The translations under genes were made by a program, and so were the position numbers. Under the pieces are notes generated by a model, which was not told where the DNA came from, searched no databases, and saw only the letters and a list, made by a program, of their open reading frames with translations. A DNA stretch of 64,000 bases, taken from positions 6,677 to 70,676 of the forward strand of contig JABMOS010000113.1 in assembly GCA_013203185.1 (NCBI GenBank), in the 5' to 3' direction. Position 1 is the first letter of the stretch; each line of letters begins with the position of its first letter. The stretch comes from Fidelibacterota bacterium (lineage in GTDB: Bacteria; Fidelibacterota; UBA8477; JABMPR01). Positions 29,694-38,661 of the stretch are shown piece by piece.

Positions 29694-29936
29694 TGGCTTC
29701 GAGGGCCTCAGCCACCGATACCGTTTCTGGACATTGATCTTTCATCCATATTCGTCACACTGAGGCTCTCGAAGTGCTATGACCTACTACACCTTTGGCT
29801 TCGAGGACCTCAGCCGCCGGTGTTATCCCGGACATTGAGGCTCCCTGTGGGGGCGTAACTCGCAGAGTGAAGACCCATCGAAATGTCTATTCCTTAACCC
29901 CTCAACACCCTTGACATCGACCAGCTCAGCCATCGG
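29694..29936. repeat. Array of alternating REP-like palindromic units
   Basis: TGGCTTCGAGG(G/A)CCTCAGCC(A/G)CC at 29694 and 29796; GTCACACTGAGGCTCTCGAAGTG at 29754; interrupted unit at 29830-29887; degenerate arm near 29912-29936. Confidence 0.8.
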
Positions 29937-29957
29937 GGAAGCTGTAAATAACAGGGC

Positions 29958-29992
29958 AAAAAAAAGCAGCTGGTCGAAACCAGCTGCTTTTT
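29958..29992 (-). terminator. Rho-independent terminator of the sqr operon
   Basis: AAAAAAAAGCAGCTGGT-CGAA-ACCAGCTGCTTTTT. Confidence 0.88.
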
Positions 29993-30013
29993 GATAAATC
30001 ATGTATATTAATT

Positions 30014-30532
30014 CTAGGTGAAAATGATGGATGCTCCTGCCGAGCGTTCATAAAACTCACCCACGGTCAACACAGAGGAAACCTGATCACACAGATCATC
30101 CTTTGTCAGTTTGAACATATCCATGGCCAGCTTGCAGGCGAAGACTTCACCACCTGCGTCCGTGAACATTTCCAGGAACTCAGGAATGGTGGGAATATCG
30201 AGATTCTCCATCTCATTCTTCATCATCCAGGTGGCAAAGTTGGAGACACCTGGGATAGCTCCAAGAAGTGTAGGGAAGGGCATGGTGATGGGCATTTTTA
30301 GCATAGGCATGGCCATATTCATGGCAGGATTACCCACAGTTGCCACCTTCAATGAATTCTGGGTTTTCTTGATTAGAGCACCCAGGCCGAAGAAGGTGAA
30401 AAATATGGAGGCTTCCATGCCTTCCATACGGGCACCATTTCCCATAACAAGCGCAGGATAAACGTCTACCAGAGAACCCTTGGAGACAATTAAGGAAACT
30501 TTTTTGATTGGTTCAGGTTGTTCACTCATCAT
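30014..30532 (-). CDS. DsrE/DsrF/DrsH-like (DsrE2-type) sulfur carrier protein
   Basis: ASIFFTFFGL, FACKLAMDMF with a conserved Cys, C-terminal IIFT. Confidence 0.85.
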   Translation of the reverse strand: MMSEQPEPIKKVSLIVSKGSLVDVYPALVMGNGARMEGMEASIFFTFFGLGALIKKTQNSLKVATVGNPAMNMAMPMLKMPITMPFPTLLGAIPGVSNFATWMMKNEMENLDIPTIPEFLEMFTDAGGEVFACKLAMDMFKLTKDDLCDQVSSVLTVGEFYERSAGASIIFT

Positions 30533-30541
30533 GATTCTCCT

Positions 30542-30859
30542 TTAGATACAGCCCTGGGGTTTTCCCAAACCTGCGATTTTTGCAGCCTTTTTCGCTGGAC
30601 CACCAGGGAAAAGGGCATAGAGTTCCTTGGTAGGAACAATGTTCAGTTTATTCATTTTGCGAATTGAAGGCGCTGTGCCATTTTCTTCAAATTCTTTACG
30701 CATAAAGTTGAGGACTTCCACATGACGATCTGTCAAGGGGTCAATCCCTTCTTCTTTGGCAATAGCTGCAGCCAGATCAAGGTTCCAGATCTTGTGGTCG
30801 GTTAGGAATCCTTCTGCATCGACTTCAACAGATATTCCAGCAAGTTCTTTTGTAGTCAT
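30542..30859 (-). CDS. tusE: TusE/DsrC-family sulfur relay protein (single C-terminal Cys)
   Basis: VDAEGFL...W, LYALFPGGPAKKAAKIAGLGKPQGCI. Confidence 0.85.
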   Translation of the reverse strand: MTTKELAGISVEVDAEGFLTDHKIWNLDLAAAIAKEEGIDPLTDRHVEVLNFMRKEFEENGTAPSIRKMNKLNIVPTKELYALFPGGPAKKAAKIAGLGKPQGCI

Positions 30860-30872
30860 TTTATTATCTCCT

Positions 30873-31550
30873 TTAAATAGTTTTTGATTCTTGATTAGAA
30901 AAAGTTTTCATAAATGCGATGATAAAGCCCAGACCCCGTTTCATTTCAGGCGTGTTGAGCTCCCGCATGGCCTTCCAGATTGAAACTTCCTGGATATCGT
31001 CTACCTTCATTTTATCGAATACAGTAATGGCATTTTTAACAGCTCCCATCATCTGTGGTTGTGTGACCGTCCGGAGAGTTTCCAGAATTGGGACAATATT
31101 ATCGGCCAGCAGCCTCACATCCTCAGTTGAAAAATGCTCAACTACATTATCACTTATGTGGACTGCTTCTCTGGCAAATTCGAAATATTTTGCGCGATCA
31201 AGCTTATCCAAGGTATCCAGAGTATCTCCGAATAATTCTTTCCCGATGGGTTTGAAATCTTCAAAGAAATCCAGGGCACTTTCCAGTTTGGCAATCACTT
31301 CGGTTATGTTGTTGGTATTCCGCACGATGAGTTTTACCAAGTGCAGGAAATCTCCTGTTTTAACAAAGGGAGCGATTTCTTCAAACTCTTCAATGGCACC
31401 AGCGAATAGGTCTTTGGCAACTCTTGTGAGATCTTCTTTGAGATCTTCCATTTCCTGGCGCTGCCGTTTCACCTGTGCTAATTCAGCAGTAATACCATCC
31501 AGAGTGGTTTGGATTGCGGCGAGTTGAGCAGAAATGTCACTGCCACTCAT
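30873..31550 (-). CDS. DUF1641-like helical protein, probable SQR partner
   Basis: Coiled-coil N-terminus; C-terminal SIWKAMRELNTPEMKRGLGF; 1-bp gap after sqr. Confidence 0.75.
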   Translation of the reverse strand: MSGSDISAQLAAIQTTLDGITAELAQVKRQRQEMEDLKEDLTRVAKDLFAGAIEEFEEIAPFVKTGDFLHLVKLIVRNTNNITEVIAKLESALDFFEDFKPIGKELFGDTLDTLDKLDRAKYFEFAREAVHISDNVVEHFSTEDVRLLADNIVPILETLRTVTQPQMMGAVKNAITVFDKMKVDDIQEVSIWKAMRELNTPEMKRGLGFIIAFMKTFSNQESKTI

Positions 31551-31551
31551 G

Positions 31552-32781
31552 TCAGGCTCGCTTTCCAGCCATCAACATATGTGATTCTATTGGGAGCTCA
31601 GCTCCCTTCAGCAGCAGATTCCAGTACATCCAGCGGAACATCATTTTGCCATAGTGGTTCATTCGGGTTTCTTCAAGCAGGGAAAAGGGACCAACACCCG
31701 GTAGAGGAAACTTGCCAGGGAGAGGCTCGGTATCATAGTTGAAATCGATGAGAATTCCCTTCCCAAAGCCAGATTCAATGTAGCAATTGGCATGTCCATC
31801 AAATTTACCTCTCAATGGTCTGCCATCGATATAACTCAGCAGGTTATCCTGGAGAATATCTGCTTGAAAGTGGGCTACGGATCCAGCTTTAGAGCTGGGT
31901 AGATTTGTGGCATCACCAATCACAAAAATATTGTCATTTGCCAGTGATTGAAGCGTGAATTTATCTGTGGGAATGAAGTTCAACTCATCACCCAATCCCG
32001 ACCTGGCAATAAGATCATCACCCATATTTGTGGGGATGGTTACCAGTAGATCATAGTCAATAGTGGTTTCATCCCAGGCTACGAGTTTGTTGTTTTCCCA
32101 ATCCACCCTGCCAGTACTGAATTCTGGTGTGAGACTGATATTCTTCTTGTTGAGAAATTCGCCAAAAACCTTGGATGCCTTGGGTTTTGTAAAAGCACCA
32201 GGCAGAGGTGTCACAAACTCAATATCCACCTTGTCGCGAATACCCTGTTCAGTAAACCACCAGTCCGCCAGAAAGACGAATTCCAGAGGCGCTACTGGAC
32301 ATTTGATAGGCATCTCAACAATGTTGAGAACCATCTTCCCACCTTCCCAATATTTTAGAAACTGTTGGAGGGCCACAGCACCTTCTACGGTATAAAAATC
32401 GAATACGTTTTTATGCCAGCCACCTTCATGCATACCTTCGGTCTCAGCAGGATTAATCTTGGTGCCAGTTGCTACCAGGAGAATATCATACGTTAAGACT
32501 TTGCCCCCATCGAGGATAACCTGGTTCTTATCTGCCTGAATCAAATCGATTTTGGAGAAAATGACATTTACACCAGGAGGGAAGAAATCTCTCTTGGGCT
32601 TGATAACATCTCGTCGATTGTAGATTCCAAATGGAATAAAGAGGAACCCTGGCTGGTAATAATGGGTTTCATATTGGTCAACTATGGTGATATCCCATTC
32701 TTCTTTATTGAGAACTGCGTCCATTTTATTGAGCATCATTGTGCCGGCAGTACCAGCTCCAAGGATAAGTAGTTTCTTCAT
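31552..32781 (-). CDS. sqr: Sulfide:quinone oxidoreductase (FAD-dependent, type III-like)
   Basis: ILGAGTAG FAD motif, YQPGFLFIPFG, KCPVAPLE, IGDATNLP.SKAG, NCYIESGFGKG; ATG at 32781. Confidence 0.85.
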   Translation of the reverse strand: MKKLLILGAGTAGTMMLNKMDAVLNKEEWDITIVDQYETHYYQPGFLFIPFGIYNRRDVIKPKRDFFPPGVNVIFSKIDLIQADKNQVILDGGKVLTYDILLVATGTKINPAETEGMHEGGWHKNVFDFYTVEGAVALQQFLKYWEGGKMVLNIVEMPIKCPVAPLEFVFLADWWFTEQGIRDKVDIEFVTPLPGAFTKPKASKVFGEFLNKKNISLTPEFSTGRVDWENNKLVAWDETTIDYDLLVTIPTNMGDDLIARSGLGDELNFIPTDKFTLQSLANDNIFVIGDATNLPSSKAGSVAHFQADILQDNLLSYIDGRPLRGKFDGHANCYIESGFGKGILIDFNYDTEPLPGKFPLPGVGPFSLLEETRMNHYGKMMFRWMYWNLLLKGAELPIESHMLMAGKRA

Positions 32782-32898
32782 GCTTTTTGCTCCAGTATTG
32801 TTGAAAAGGGCAACAAGATCTGACTTTCTAAGATACAAAGATTATACATTTGCTTTTTCAGTCTTGTGTCATGGTTGCTATGGTAAATAATCAGCATC

Positions 32899-32925
32899 AT
32901 TTGATACTGATTATCAGTAACAAAT
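32899..32925. promoter_or_regulatory. 27-bp palindrome upstream of sqr, candidate operator
   Basis: ATTTGATACTGAT-T-ATCAGTAACAAAT, one mismatched pair. Confidence 0.55.
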
Positions 32926-33280
32926 GTTATACCAAACTATTGTATGTATCAAAAAGGTTGTTATCGCTAAAGTAATGAAATCTCTAATTTTGCATCTTCA
33001 AGTACATATCTCATGCCCGTGGACGATGAAGGGGTATTTGGGACCGGATTAGGATGATAAGCGTAACTAGTCGAGAATCTCTAAATGCAATAAAAATAGA
33101 GAGTAATAACAGTCTGACACACTGAGAATTAGGTGGGGATTACCCCAGGAATCAATGTTGATTGCTCTTCGCAATCGTTGGTTATGGCAGGTGCATCAGT
33201 TAAAGAATTTGAGTCATTCTCAGCAAAAATTAAAAGAGTTTCATGTTCTTAGATTTCAGGTACGCCATTCTAATATTGAG

Positions 33281-35575
33281 TCAGCCGGGAGAATTGCTTC
33301 GTATTAGCAGCCCCGCCGCACCATAAAGAATCAATGCAACTCCTAGTCCTATTGAGTACCCCCAGCTAATCACAAGGAGGATGGTGATGGTTGAACCCAG
33401 CACTGAAGCTGCCCCGTTCACTGCAAAACTCCAATCCACCAGTGGTCCAACATGTCTCACACCCTTGGGAAAAGGCATGCCCATAAAGAAACCCAGGGGA
33501 CTAACAAGAAGAATGGTGGCCACAATTCTTATCCCTTGTCCAAAATTGCCAAATATGAACACGATGTATCTGAATAAGACGATATCCAGGAAAATCCACG
33601 CGATAATTGCCAGGAAAACCACTTTCGATTCAAATGTTGAGGAGTAGCGACTTCCAATACCTGAACTTATGAGGAGGGTCATGAGAATTGCTGCCACACT
33701 ATACACTGAAGGACCAACCAATAGGGTGAATTGCTGCATGAGAATTAACTCTACAGCCATATAGCAAAATCCAATAAGAGCAAAATAGCCGTAGTTAGAG
33801 AGGGAAAGGCTTGGTCCCTTCTTTAAATAGGGAATAAGAGTGATGGGAAAGATAAACAAAATGACCACCATTATGATAATTACAACAATCAATTTTGTCA
33901 GGGGGAAGCCCCTGAATTCATAGGGGAGCAATCTAGCTTCCTTATCAAAACTCAGATTCTTCCAAAGTCCCATTTGAGCGGCAAAGGGTCGGTTATCACT
34001 ATTGGGAGAAATATCAATAGCCAGGGAATCGGCCACTTCTTTCCAACCCAGATCTACAATTCTCTGGTAGATATTATCCTTCAGGGAATCCACAGCGGGA
34101 TAAACGAGATGTATATCCTCATAGTTTTCCTCGGTGATATCTCGCAGAGCGACCTGCAAGAAGTCAGTCTCAAGGGGTCTTTTTGAAAGCAAGAGAACCT
34201 TACGACGCATCTGGGGTAAATTGTATACGGCAATGTGCGATTTTGGCTTCTCAACGCCCAGAATATCCAGAGCTATCAGGGACTCACTCACCAGTCGAGG
34301 CATATAGAATTGATGTTCCATCATGAGATATCCTGAATCAGATAAGGCGATCCAGTAATCCTGAAACGCTTCCGTGGTAAACAGGTAATTTTCAGCCAAT
34401 GCAAAAGATCCTGATGCAAGAGCAGCAAAGGTATTGGAACTCAATGAGTAGATCACATCAAAATGAGAAGGATGCCGGCGAATAAATGCCCGTGCATCTT
34501 CCGAAACGACTGTAACTCTTGAATCTTTGTAAAAATGACTCGTGTACTCAGGCAAAGTCACCAGCTCCGATGAAAGGGTGTCAGTATATGAGCTCAGATA
34601 TCCATGAGGATCCCCTTCAGTCAGCATTTTGTTAAACCATGGGTTGACCTCCACAGCATGAACTTCAGCAGCACCTTCAACCAATGCCTGGATGACATCG
34701 GAACCACCTCCAGCTCCCAGAGATAGAAATCTGCAGGCTTCGAACTGACGAATTAAATCACCTGCAGGAATACCCCACATGTCTTCTGACCCACTGTCAG
34801 GCAAACTGAAGTCTCCATCAAAACCGTACACAGGTGTATTGGCTGCATTGTCAATCACCATTCCTCTTGCTTCATCACCTGGATAGGCGAACATCTTAAT
34901 CTGTGCCATGGCATCCCAGTGCTGGTAGATACTTGGGAGACGTTCAGGTTTGGCTGACTTCAGCAGTGAGTGGCCATTATAACTGGCACCAATTGCCAGC
35001 AGGACCAGTATACCGGGTAGGAGCTTTAATAACCTGTTGCTATTTAGCATAGCAGCCATAAATATTGGAATACTGACCAGAAAGGTAGCCACTGGAGTGC
35101 TAAAAATATTCATTGATACAATGGCTCCAATCACCCCAAGTCCGGCACCTAGAAGATCAGCCATATATAAATTGGAGATATTGGTGTGAAAGCGTTTAAA
35201 CAGAATCGCCAGAGCGATGCCGCAGAAATAAAAGCTGGAGCTGAGAATGAGAATGACCAGTATGAGTTTTCCCAGCATAGCCAGACTACCGGTAAGAGTT
35301 GAGAAACTCATTCCGAGACGGTAGACCAGGGGAGGACCGAGGAGGATCATAACCCCACCTAAGAGCAGGCTATTTCGCATACTTCTCATCGTATCCACTT
35401 TGGGGATCACGCGCAGTGTCAAGGCCCCCAAACCAAGACCGAGAATGGCCAATGATAGTACCAGAAAAGCGAATGTGTAGAAAAACTCTGCTGCCAGGAT
35501 ACGGGTCCAGATTAATTCAAGTGATAGTAGTGAAAATGATAGTAGTGCAACGGTGTAGGTTTGTTTGCGATCCAT
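33281..35575 (-). CDS. Polytopic membrane protein with a central spermidine synthase-like SAM-binding domain
   Basis: LELIWTRI; LYMADLLGAGLG; LSLGAGGGSD, AVEVNP, EDARAF, ENYLFTTEAF; C-terminal transmembrane bundle with GMPFP and WSFAVNG. Confidence 0.8.
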   Translation of the reverse strand: MDRKQTYTVALLSFSLLSLELIWTRILAAEFFYTFAFLVLSLAILGLGLGALTLRVIPKVDTMRSMRNSLLLGGVMILLGPPLVYRLGMSFSTLTGSLAMLGKLILVILILSSSFYFCGIALAILFKRFHTNISNLYMADLLGAGLGVIGAIVSMNIFSTPVATFLVSIPIFMAAMLNSNRLLKLLPGILVLLAIGASYNGHSLLKSAKPERLPSIYQHWDAMAQIKMFAYPGDEARGMVIDNAANTPVYGFDGDFSLPDSGSEDMWGIPAGDLIRQFEACRFLSLGAGGGSDVIQALVEGAAEVHAVEVNPWFNKMLTEGDPHGYLSSYTDTLSSELVTLPEYTSHFYKDSRVTVVSEDARAFIRRHPSHFDVIYSLSSNTFAALASGSFALAENYLFTTEAFQDYWIALSDSGYLMMEHQFYMPRLVSESLIALDILGVEKPKSHIAVYNLPQMRRKVLLLSKRPLETDFLQVALRDITEENYEDIHLVYPAVDSLKDNIYQRIVDLGWKEVADSLAIDISPNSDNRPFAAQMGLWKNLSFDKEARLLPYEFRGFPLTKLIVVIIIMVVILFIFPITLIPYLKKGPSLSLSNYGYFALIGFCYMAVELILMQQFTLLVGPSVYSVAAILMTLLISSGIGSRYSSTFESKVVFLAIIAWIFLDIVLFRYIVFIFGNFGQGIRIVATILLVSPLGFFMGMPFPKGVRHVGPLVDWSFAVNGAASVLGSTITILLVISWGYSIGLGVALILYGAAGLLIRSNSPG

Positions 35576-35789
35576 GTTCCCCTCAGAAGTCAAATTGTAT
35601 CATACAGATGCTGTTGGATGTTTAATGCGACGCTTCTCCACATGCTGAATATGGATTCAATATAAATTGCTTGATAACCCATTTTGATAATCTTCGACCA
35701 GTGGTATTTTTATTCGGCAGAAGGTTTCGCAATGCGATATGCATTGCATTGTCCATGGGCTTGAGGTACTAGCTGCAGGGATCGTTGAG

Positions 35790-36239
35790 CTACGGAAATT
35801 GAAGACAGTTATTCAACCACTCCTGGATCTCACAGTTTCCCTGAATGAGAGCATCAATGGTGCAGGCGGCTTGAGCCAGGGCTTGGGTCGTCTCTACATC
35901 TTTATAAGTAATATCCATTTCCACCCACAGCATTTCAATGTCACCATGGAGGTTGGCAACTGCAGCAGCAGAGGTAAATGCATAAACGAGGTCTTGCCCT
36001 GATCGGTTTCGACGTCCTGCAATCTTGATTCTTATTGTATGACCCAATTCAGGATGTTCAAAGATATCAATGCTGATGAGTTCTGGACCACCTCGGTTTA
36101 ACTGAAAATATTGTTTAATGCAGTGGGGGATTTGCACGTCTTGTAATTGAGCAGAGAGGAGGAGTGGGAACAGACATATTAAGAAAAATAAATATACAGA
36201 TTTAATAATTGTGTACCCCCTGAATAGGTAAAACATCAT
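35790..36239 (-). CDS. Small secreted hypothetical protein (paralog A)
   Basis: Signal peptide; clear similarity to 36264-36683; ends CTIDALIQGNC...CLQFP. Confidence 0.8.
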   Translation of the reverse strand: MMFYLFRGYTIIKSVYLFFLICLFPLLLSAQLQDVQIPHCIKQYFQLNRGGPELISIDIFEHPELGHTIRIKIAGRRNRSGQDLVYAFTSAAAVANLHGDIEMLWVEMDITYKDVETTQALAQAACTIDALIQGNCEIQEWLNNCLQFP

Positions 36240-36263
36240 CTGAAAATTTTTGAAAAGACTAGG

Positions 36264-36683
36264 TTATGGGAACTGTAGACAATCCTTCCACCATTTTTCG
36301 GTTTCGCAGTTCCCAATTATTAGCGCATCAATGGTACAATTCGCAGGTGCCAGAGCCACGGTTGTCTCGGCCCCTCTAAAATTAATATCCATCTCCACCC
36401 AAAGGAGTTCAAAGGGTCGCTCAGCCATATTGGCCACAGCAGCAGCAGCTGCGAAGGCAAAAGCCAGATCCTTGGCACTTTTATTTCGGCTTGCGATGAT
36501 GTTTATTTTGATGGCACGACCTGATTGACGATGATTTAACACTTCGGTTGAAATGAGTTCGGGACCCAGACGATTCATCTGAAAATAGGTTTGAATAGAC
36601 GCAGGAATCTGAGCGTCAGAAATCTTTGCTTCTAAAAGAATTGGAAGCAAAACAAGCGGAATGAGTATTGAGTAGAATTTCAT
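36264..36683 (-). CDS. Small secreted hypothetical protein (paralog B)
   Basis: Signal peptide; ends CTIDALIIGNC...CLQFP. Confidence 0.82.
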   Translation of the reverse strand: MKFYSILIPLVLLPILLEAKISDAQIPASIQTYFQMNRLGPELISTEVLNHRQSGRAIKINIIASRNKSAKDLAFAFAAAAAVANMAERPFELLWVEMDINFRGAETTVALAPANCTIDALIIGNCETEKWWKDCLQFP

Positions 36684-36991
36684 AATTAAAGCTCCCCAGT
36701 GTGATCAGTACTTTTCCAGATACCAACCGTGCCAAGTTTACATCCGGACTGTTCAATTCTCCAAATTAAATATACTATAGATTAAAGGAGTTGCATTCAT
36801 GATTTGGAAGACCCACCTCCCAGCTTAAATTTCATGATAACTACTCCAAGGGGAAACTCATTAATGACCGGATTAGCTCACATAGACAGTCCCATGTTGC
36901 TATTGGAAAAAGTCATCAATCAATATGGTTTCGGTGGAGCTCGCGATATTCTTCAAGAAATATCAATACTATTACGTGGTGAGAGGAACAA

Positions 36992-37402
36992 ATGATGGTA
37001 TTTATAGAATGGAAAGATGCGTATTCAGTCAACATTGCTGACATTGATAAGCAGCACAAACATTTGATAGATATCATCAATAGGCTGCACTCGGCGATAC
37101 TTTCAGGCAAAGACAGTGAGGCACTAAGCTACATAATGACTGATTTGGTTTATTACACGATTTATCATTTTGAAACTGAAGAAAAATTCTTCGATGAACA
37201 TAATTATCCACAATCAGAACAACATAAAAACGAGCATAAAGATTTGGCCCAAAAGGTAGCCGTCTTAAAGCAGAAGCATGACAGTGGAGAAAAAGTCTTA
37301 AGCATCGATGTGATGAGCTTTCTAAGAGAGTGGCTTCAAGATCATATCTTAGGTTCTGATGCAGAGTTTGGTCCTTACCTGAATAACAAAGGGGTGCATT
37401 AG
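36992..37402 (+). CDS. Bacteriohemerythrin
   Basis: IDKQH, HFETEE, HKNEH and WLQDHILGSD di-iron ligand pattern. Confidence 0.93.
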   Translation: MMVFIEWKDAYSVNIADIDKQHKHLIDIINRLHSAILSGKDSEALSYIMTDLVYYTIYHFETEEKFFDEHNYPQSEQHKNEHKDLAQKVAVLKQKHDSGEKVLSIDVMSFLREWLQDHILGSDAEFGPYLNNKGVH

Positions 37403-37444
37403 CGTTCCAACTCCATCCAAAATGTTGAGCGCTCTAGGTGATTG

Positions 37445-37507
37445 TTGAATTTTATCAAAATGGCTCAGGCCAGGATCGAAAAAGCCAGGGTGAATGACAT
37501 TGATCAC
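37445..37507. promoter_or_regulatory. Two FNR/CRP-like boxes upstream of the second hemerythrin
   Basis: TTGAA-TTTT-ATCAA at 37445 and ATGAC-ATTG-ATCAC at 37494, compared with the FNR consensus TTGAT-N4-ATCAA. Confidence 0.3.
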
Positions 37508-37594
37508 GGGATTGAAACCTATTTGGTAAAATAATAGCGATAATCAAATCCTGCGGCTTAGTTTGACTCTCGTGTTATTTGAAGGAGTGAAAAA

Positions 37595-37999
37595 ATGCAA
37601 GTATTAGTCTGGGAAGAGAGATTTAGTGTAGGCATTCGGGAATTCGATCAACACCACAAGATTTTGTTTGAAATGATCAATTCACTCATTTTTGCCCAAG
37701 AGGATGGTAGAGATCCTGATATTATAAAAAATTCTCTAGAGCAATTGCGCAGCTATACTATTTTCCATTTTGTAGCAGAAGAAGCCATGATGAAGCACTT
37801 TGAATTCGAAGGCCTGGATGAGCATATTGCTGAGCATGAAACACTCCTTCAACAAGTTGTCGAATATCAAGACAGAATTGCTGCAAATGATGGCGTCACC
37901 ATAGACGAGGTCCTTAATTTCCTTGCAGGTTGGTTGCTGGACCATACACTTGGGCTGGATCAGCTTTACGGACCCTACCTCACTCGGTTTACAGATTAA
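37595..37999 (+). CDS. Bacteriohemerythrin
   Basis: FDQHH, HFVAEE, HIAEH, WLLDHTLGLD. Confidence 0.93.
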   Translation: MQVLVWEERFSVGIREFDQHHKILFEMINSLIFAQEDGRDPDIIKNSLEQLRSYTIFHFVAEEAMMKHFEFEGLDEHIAEHETLLQQVVEYQDRIAANDGVTIDEVLNFLAGWLLDHTLGLDQLYGPYLTRFTD

Positions 38000-38030
38000 A
38001 CCCGGATTAATGTCGGCTTACCCTGTTTAT

Positions 38031-38219
38031 TCAATCTTGGAAAATTTCTTCAATTGAGAGTTCAAATACCCGAGCCACTTTGAAAGCCAGGGGGAGACTG
38101 GGATCAAATTTCCCCGTCTCAATGGCATTCACCGTTTGCCTCGAAACTTCAAGAGCCTCAGCTAACTGAGCCTGCGTCCAATCCCGCTCCGCCCGAAGTA
38201 TCTTTAGCCGATTTTTCAT
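38031..38219 (-). CDS. XRE/Cro-family helix-turn-helix regulator
   Basis: MKNRLKILR...TQAQLAEALEVSRQTVNAIETGKFDPSL. Confidence 0.92.
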   Translation of the reverse strand: MKNRLKILRAERDWTQAQLAEALEVSRQTVNAIETGKFDPSLPLAFKVARVFELSIEEIFQD

Positions 38220-38638
38220 CTGTAGCGCCTATTCCCGGTGAAGAGACCGAAGGCATATGATAGCGACATGAGTAAGACGAGATGTGATATTTCTGGCTGG
38301 AAGCCAATGAGGTGGGCATCTTCAAGTAATTCATAACTGAGACCAGCTACAACTCCAACACTCAATGATAGTGCGGTCGCCTCGAGTTGTATCTTTTGCT
38401 GCATCTCATCCAAACCCCTTAAATTATGTTTATTGGCTATGATCCAACCAATGCCAAATCCCAGATTCACCAGGATTGCCAGTAGATTTGGTAACGTATC
38501 TGACTGCCAGATAAATGTAGGTCCGAAAGCGGCCAGGGCCATGCTTACCACCCAGGCAGCTGTCCAATAACCCAGGCGGAGCGTATTTTGTTTTAGTCGG
38601 CTGGTCCATTTGCCGGTTTCGTTTGTTGGTGTATTCAT
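38216..38638 (-). CDS. Small 4-TM membrane protein coupled to the XRE regulator
   Basis: Four hydrophobic helices, LDEMQQKIQ linker, 4-bp overlap with the HTH gene. Confidence 0.8.
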   Translation of the reverse strand: MNTPTNETGKWTSRLKQNTLRLGYWTAAWVVSMALAAFGPTFIWQSDTLPNLLAILVNLGFGIGWIIANKHNLRGLDEMQQKIQLEATALSLSVGVVAGLSYELLEDAHLIGFQPEISHLVLLMSLSYAFGLFTGNRRYR

Positions 38639-38661
38639 CTGTATGGTTCCCTTGTCATTAT

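Noticed and set aside
29673-29858. 61-aa ORF with a repeated LWLRGPQPP peptide
   Set aside because: The peptide repeat is a translation of the DNA palindrome repeat; there is no other coding evidence.
29694-29936. Possible CRISPR array (23-bp direct repeats 102 bp apart)
   Set aside because: Only two good copies, the intervening DNA is itself made of inverted repeat units, and there are no cas genes. Better explained as a REP-like array.
30542-30859. DsrC as evidence of dissimilatory sulfate reduction or reverse Dsr
   Set aside because: Lacks the second conserved C-terminal Cys of true DsrC, and no dsrAB or dsrMK genes are in the window.
30919-31527. Long antisense ORFs (for example 30919-31527, 17619-18107, 43150-43632, 53238-53765)
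   Set aside because: Shadow frames opposite well-supported genes, with no motifs of their own.
36718-36734. Minus-strand TGGCACGG as a sigma54 promoter for the paralog pair
   Set aside because: Good -24 element, but no TTGC or TTGA at the required spacing.
36804-36995. 63-aa ORF overlapping the first hemerythrin start
   Set aside because: It could be a small real gene given the ATGA overlap, but it has no motif and an uncertain start; not enough support.
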